From: Chiloscyllium plagiosum
Lineage: Eukaryota
Direction of reading: 5' to 3'
Assembly (NCBI RefSeq): GCF_004010195.1
Contig: NC_057749.1
Location: 21,796,745-21,860,744 of the forward strand
DNA: 64,000 bases
The notes under the pieces are model-generated. The model did no database searches, was not told the origin of the DNA, and was given only the letters and a program-made list of their open reading frames with translations. Each line of letters begins with the position of its first letter. Within the stretch, counting starts at the first letter, position 1. Below, in pieces: positions 61,450 to 64,000 of this stretch. The position numbers and the translations under genes are program-made.

Positions 61450-64000
61450 AAAGGGACTGGTGGTCTGAGGTGCGTTTGTTTTAATGTGAGAAGTATAATA
61501 GGTAAAGCAGATGAACTTAGAATTGGATTTGTGCCTAGGAGTATGATGTTATTGCTATTATTGAGACTTGGTTGAGGGAAGGGCATGATTGGTAACTAGA
61601 CATCCCAGGATATAGATGCCTAAGGCAGGAGGTTGCCTGGTATGGTAGAAAGATCGTATGAGGAAAGAGTGGTGGACTCTCCCTCATTATGGGCATTTAA
61701 GCGGGCATTGGATAGGCATATGGAGGATAGTGGGCTAGTGTAGGTTAGGTGGGCTTGGATCGGCGCAACATCGAGGGCCGAAGGGCCTGTACTGCGCTGT
61801 ATTCTTCTATGTTCTATGTTCTATGTTCTATGATAGAGAGGGAGGTAAAAGGGGTGGAGGAGTTGCATTACTGGTCAGAGAGGATATCACAGCTGTGCTG
61901 AAGAAGGGGACTATGGAGGACTCGAGCAGTGAGGCAATATGGGCAGAGCTCAGAAATAGGAAGGGTGCGGTAACAATGTTGGGACTGTACTACAGGCCTC
62001 CCAACAGCGAGCGTGAGACAGAGGGACAATATGTGAACAGATCATGGAAAGATGTAGGAGCAACAAGGTGGTGGTGATAGGAGATTTTAATTTTCCCAAC
62101 ACTGACTGAAATTTACTTAGTGTTCGAGGTCTAAATGGTGCAGAATTTGTAAGAAGCATCCAGGAGGGTTTTCTAGAGCAGTATGTAAATAGTCCAACTT
62201 GGGAAGAGGCCATACTGGACCTGATGTTGGGGAATGAGCCTGGCCAGGTGGTTGAAGTTTCAATAGGGAATTACTTTGGGAATAGTGATCACAATTCCGT
62301 AAGTTTTAGCATACTCATGGACAAAGACGAGAGTGGTCTGAAAGGAAGAACGCTGAATTGGAGGAAAGCCAACGATACCAAAATTTGGCAGGAGCTTGGG
62401 AATGTGGATTGGGAGCAACTGTTTGAAGGTAAATCCACGTTTGATATGTGAGAGGCTTTTAAAGAGAGGTGGATTAGAGTGCAGGAGAGAAAATGAGGGA
62501 TAGAAATGGCAAGATTAGGGAACCATGGATGACAGGTGAAATTGTGAGACTAGCTGAGAGGAAAAAGGAAGCGTGCATAAGATCCAGGTGACTGAAGACA
62601 GACGAAGCTTTGGAAGAATACCGGGAATGTAGGACCAATTGGAAACGAGGAATTTAGAGGGCTAAAAAAGGGGTCATGAGATATCTTTAACAAGCAGGGC
62701 TATGGAAAACCCCAAAGCCTTTAATTCATATATAAGGGGCAAGAGGGTAACAAGGGAAAGTGTTGGCCCACTCAAGGACAAAAGAGGAAAGTTATATGTG
62801 GTCAGAGAAAATGGGTGTAATTCTTAATGAATAATTTGCATCAGCATTCACCAAGGAGAAGGATATGACAGATGTGGAGTTTAGGGATAGATGTTTGATT
62901 ACTCTAAGTCAAGTCATCGTAAGGCGGGAGGATGTGTTGTGTATTCTAAAAGGCATTAAGGTGGACAAGTCCCCAGGTCTGGATGGGATCTGTCCCAAGT
63001 TACTGAGGGAAGCAAGAGAGGAAATAGCTGGGGCCTTAACAGATATCTTTGCAGCATCCTTGAACACGGGTGAGGTCCCAGAGGACTGGAGAATTGCTAG
63101 TGTTGTCTCCTTTCTTAAGAATGGTAGCAGGGATTATCCAGGTAATTATAGACCAGTAAGCCTGATGTCAGTGGTAGGGAAGCTGTTGGAGAAGATACTG
63201 AGGGATAGGATCTATTTACATTTGGAAGAAAATGGGCTTATCAGTGATAGATAACTTGGTTTTGTGCAGGGAAGATCATGTCTTACCAACCTAATAGAAT
63301 CCTTTGAGAAAGTGACAAAGTTGATTGATGAGGGAGGGGCTGTAGATGATATATACAAGGACTTCAGTAAGGCATTTGATAAGGTTCCTCATGGTAGCTG
63401 ATGGAGAAGGTGAAGTCTCATGGGTTACAGTGTGTATTAGCTAGAATGGACATAGAACTGGCTGGGCAACAGGAGACAGAGAGTAGTAGTGGAAGGGAGT
63501 TTCTCAAAATGGAGACCTGTGACCATTGGTGTTCCACAGGGATCTGTGCTGGGACCACTATTGTTTGTGATATTCATTAATGATCTGGAGGAAGGTATAG
63601 GTGGTCTGATTAGCAAGTTTGCAGGTGACACTAAGATTGTTGGAGTAGCAGATAGTGAAGGGGAGTGTCAGAGAATACAGCAGAATATAGATAGATTGGA
63701 GAGTTGGGCGGAGAAATGGCAGATGGAGTTCAATCTGGGCAAATATGAGGTGATGCTTTTTGAAAGATCCAATTCTAGAGTGAACTATACGGTAAATGGA
63801 AACCCCCTGGGGAAAATTGATGTAGAGAGATTTGGGTGTTCAGGTCCATTGTTCCTTGAAGGTGGCAACGCAGTTCAATAGAGTGGTCAAGAAGGCACAT
63901 GGCATGCTTTCCTTCATTGGATGGGTTATTGAGTACAAGAGTTGACAAGTCATGTTACAGTTGTATAGGACTTTGGTTCAGCCACGTTTGGAATACTGCA
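61450..64000 (+). mobile_element. Long CR1 LINE ORF2 (APE endonuclease plus RT), pseudogenised, running off the window end; nested CR1 3' tail at 61631-61831
   Basis: CVCFNVRSI.GK.DEL, YDVIAI.ETWL, GGGVALLV, GLYYRPP, GDFNFP, SDHNSV, KSPGLDG, NYRPVSL, GVPQGSVLGPLLF; many stops and frameshifts. Confidence 0.95.

Overview
Eukaryotic, vertebrate genomic DNA, very probably from a shark or other elasmobranch (inferred from HE1-type V-SINEs, a SacSINE1-like DeuSINE and abundant CR1 LINEs). It has four assembly gaps. The only host protein-coding gene is a FoxB1-type forkhead transcription factor (+ strand, ATG 7987), whose C-terminus falls in an 851-N gap. It lies in a CpG-rich, transposon-poor ~20 kb domain with several AT-rich, homeobox/POU/Fox-motif-dense blocks that look like conserved enhancers. 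From ~23 kb onward the window is almost entirely repeats: CR1 fragments, three SINE families, solo LTRs, a Gmr1-like Gypsy remnant, an L1 3' end, a tRNA-Lys pseudogene and a ~12 kb degenerate array of a near-palindromic 14-bp satellite with nested insertions. The most unusual signals are (i) three sequence-unrelated families of short Penelope-like elements that share one minimal hammerhead-ribozyme architecture and often insert as fold-back pairs with long TSDs, (ii) a Penelope-like element with a twin-priming-type inversion, and (iii) an 88-bp snap-back inverted duplication inside the satellite. All family assignments come from reading the sequence and recalled family features; no database searches were run, and repeat boundaries are approximate.
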